Source of the DNA: Saccostrea echinata
Taxonomy: Eukaryota
DNA: 64,000 nucleotides
NCBI RefSeq assembly: GCF_033153115.1
Contig: NW_026889807.1
Span: 6,696,001 to 6,760,000 of the forward strand
Direction: 5' to 3'
Part shown: piece after piece, positions 63,059-64,000 of the stretch
Layout: each line of letters opens with the position of its first letter
How positions within the stretch are numbered: the first letter of the stretch is position 1
Translations under genes and position numbers: made by a program
The notes under the pieces: model-generated
What the model was told of the DNA's origin: nothing
What the model saw: the letters and a program-made list of their open reading frames with translations, nothing else
The model's database searches: none

Positions 63059-64000
63059 GTAAGTTTTTGCTGCCTTGTAGAGATAAATGAGATTTATCAA
63101 TTTATAATTGGTATCCAATAGATCTATAGAAATTTTTAATAAAAGATTGTATTTTATTTTATGGCAAGAAAGTTTTACTTGTTAAATTTTTATTCAATTC
63201 ATGTCAGCTTTTTCTTATAAAAAGTGCTCGGTGTTTCTTTTTCCTGTCTCTTCAGAAATGTTTAAGGAAGCCTGTTCCACAGCCAGAAACAATAACTTAA
63301 AATTGTCATCATTTTTAATATCTCAAAAATGAACTTGAAATTTAAATTCTTTTCGTGCAATATTTTTCATTTCATGAATCTTATGATGATCCAAGTCTTT
63401 GAAACGCTCGTGTAAAAAGTAGATATTTACACCTTATAAAAGGACAATTAAATATATTTTAAAGAAAACAAATGTCCTCTAAACTCGTCTTAATGCCAAT
63501 GCCAATTAAATAAAATTGAAAGTGATCTGTGATAATTTGAATGATACACAAAGTATTATACATAACGAACTGAAGTTAATAAAAGAAGTGAAATTCCGCT
63601 TAAGTATCAGAAACATGTTATGCATTTTTTTTTCAGATGCCCGGGTACAAAAAGTTTTCTTATCCAAATTTACATTTGTATCTCTTTAAATTAGAAAACG
63701 CATAATTGATGGTTTTATTTACGGTTCCTGAAAATATACTAGAAGTATTAATCATAATGATGAACTTTAAAGAAAATGACATTTTTTTCACAAGATGTCT
63801 ACAATATAATCCTGGAAAGATGATAGAGGCTATAAATTTATAAGTCACTTGACTTAATTTATCGAGTGTCCGGTCGATTTTGACACGACTCATAATTACT
63901 TTGTGAATTCAGTGGCATTTTTGCGAGCATTTTTTAATAACTTAACCGCTGATTATCAAATCCTGAGGGACATACTACCTTAAGGGACATTAAGTGTTTG

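Noticed and set aside
63256-63690. Candidate last exons for copy 3 (acceptors at 63255 and ~63636)
   Set aside because: Both give short open tails, but neither resembles exon 4 of copy 2; cannot choose without transcripts.

Overview
AT-rich eukaryotic DNA, most likely bivalve/oyster-like, judging from the repeat families (V-type tRNA SINEs, Helentron-type HINEs) and an intronless TRIM gene. Host genes: (i) three paralogues of a small spliced gene encoding signal peptide + 8-Cys ectodomain + TM helix (copy 1 frameshifted, copy 2 complete at 105 aa, copy 3 with its last exon unresolved), all sharing a conserved ETS-site promoter; (ii) an intact single-exon RING/B-box/coiled-coil/propeller TRIM gene on the minus strand and a transposon-disrupted paralogue. 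The rest is mostly nested mobile DNA: a Gypsy relic, an RTE-X-like LINE with a 15-bp TSD, and EnSpm-, Academ-, hAT-, Kolobok- and Tc1-type elements. The most interesting object is a young, nearly intact 7.6-kb Ngaro-type tyrosine-recombinase retrotransposon (17158-24747, split direct repeats A1..B1-A2-B2). It carries an SGNH-hydrolase ORF upstream of gag and two arrays of structurally conserved hairpins: 8 with a GGACCAUA-type loop, and 5 bulged CAGAAGUUUUCUG hairpins with covarying stems. It also has a candidate intron that would remove the hydrolase ORF plus the first array, and in-frame CCC_UUU_CGN +1 frameshift-like motifs in the AUG-less gag/pol overlap. All coordinates were read by hand; family names rest on motif recognition, not database searches.
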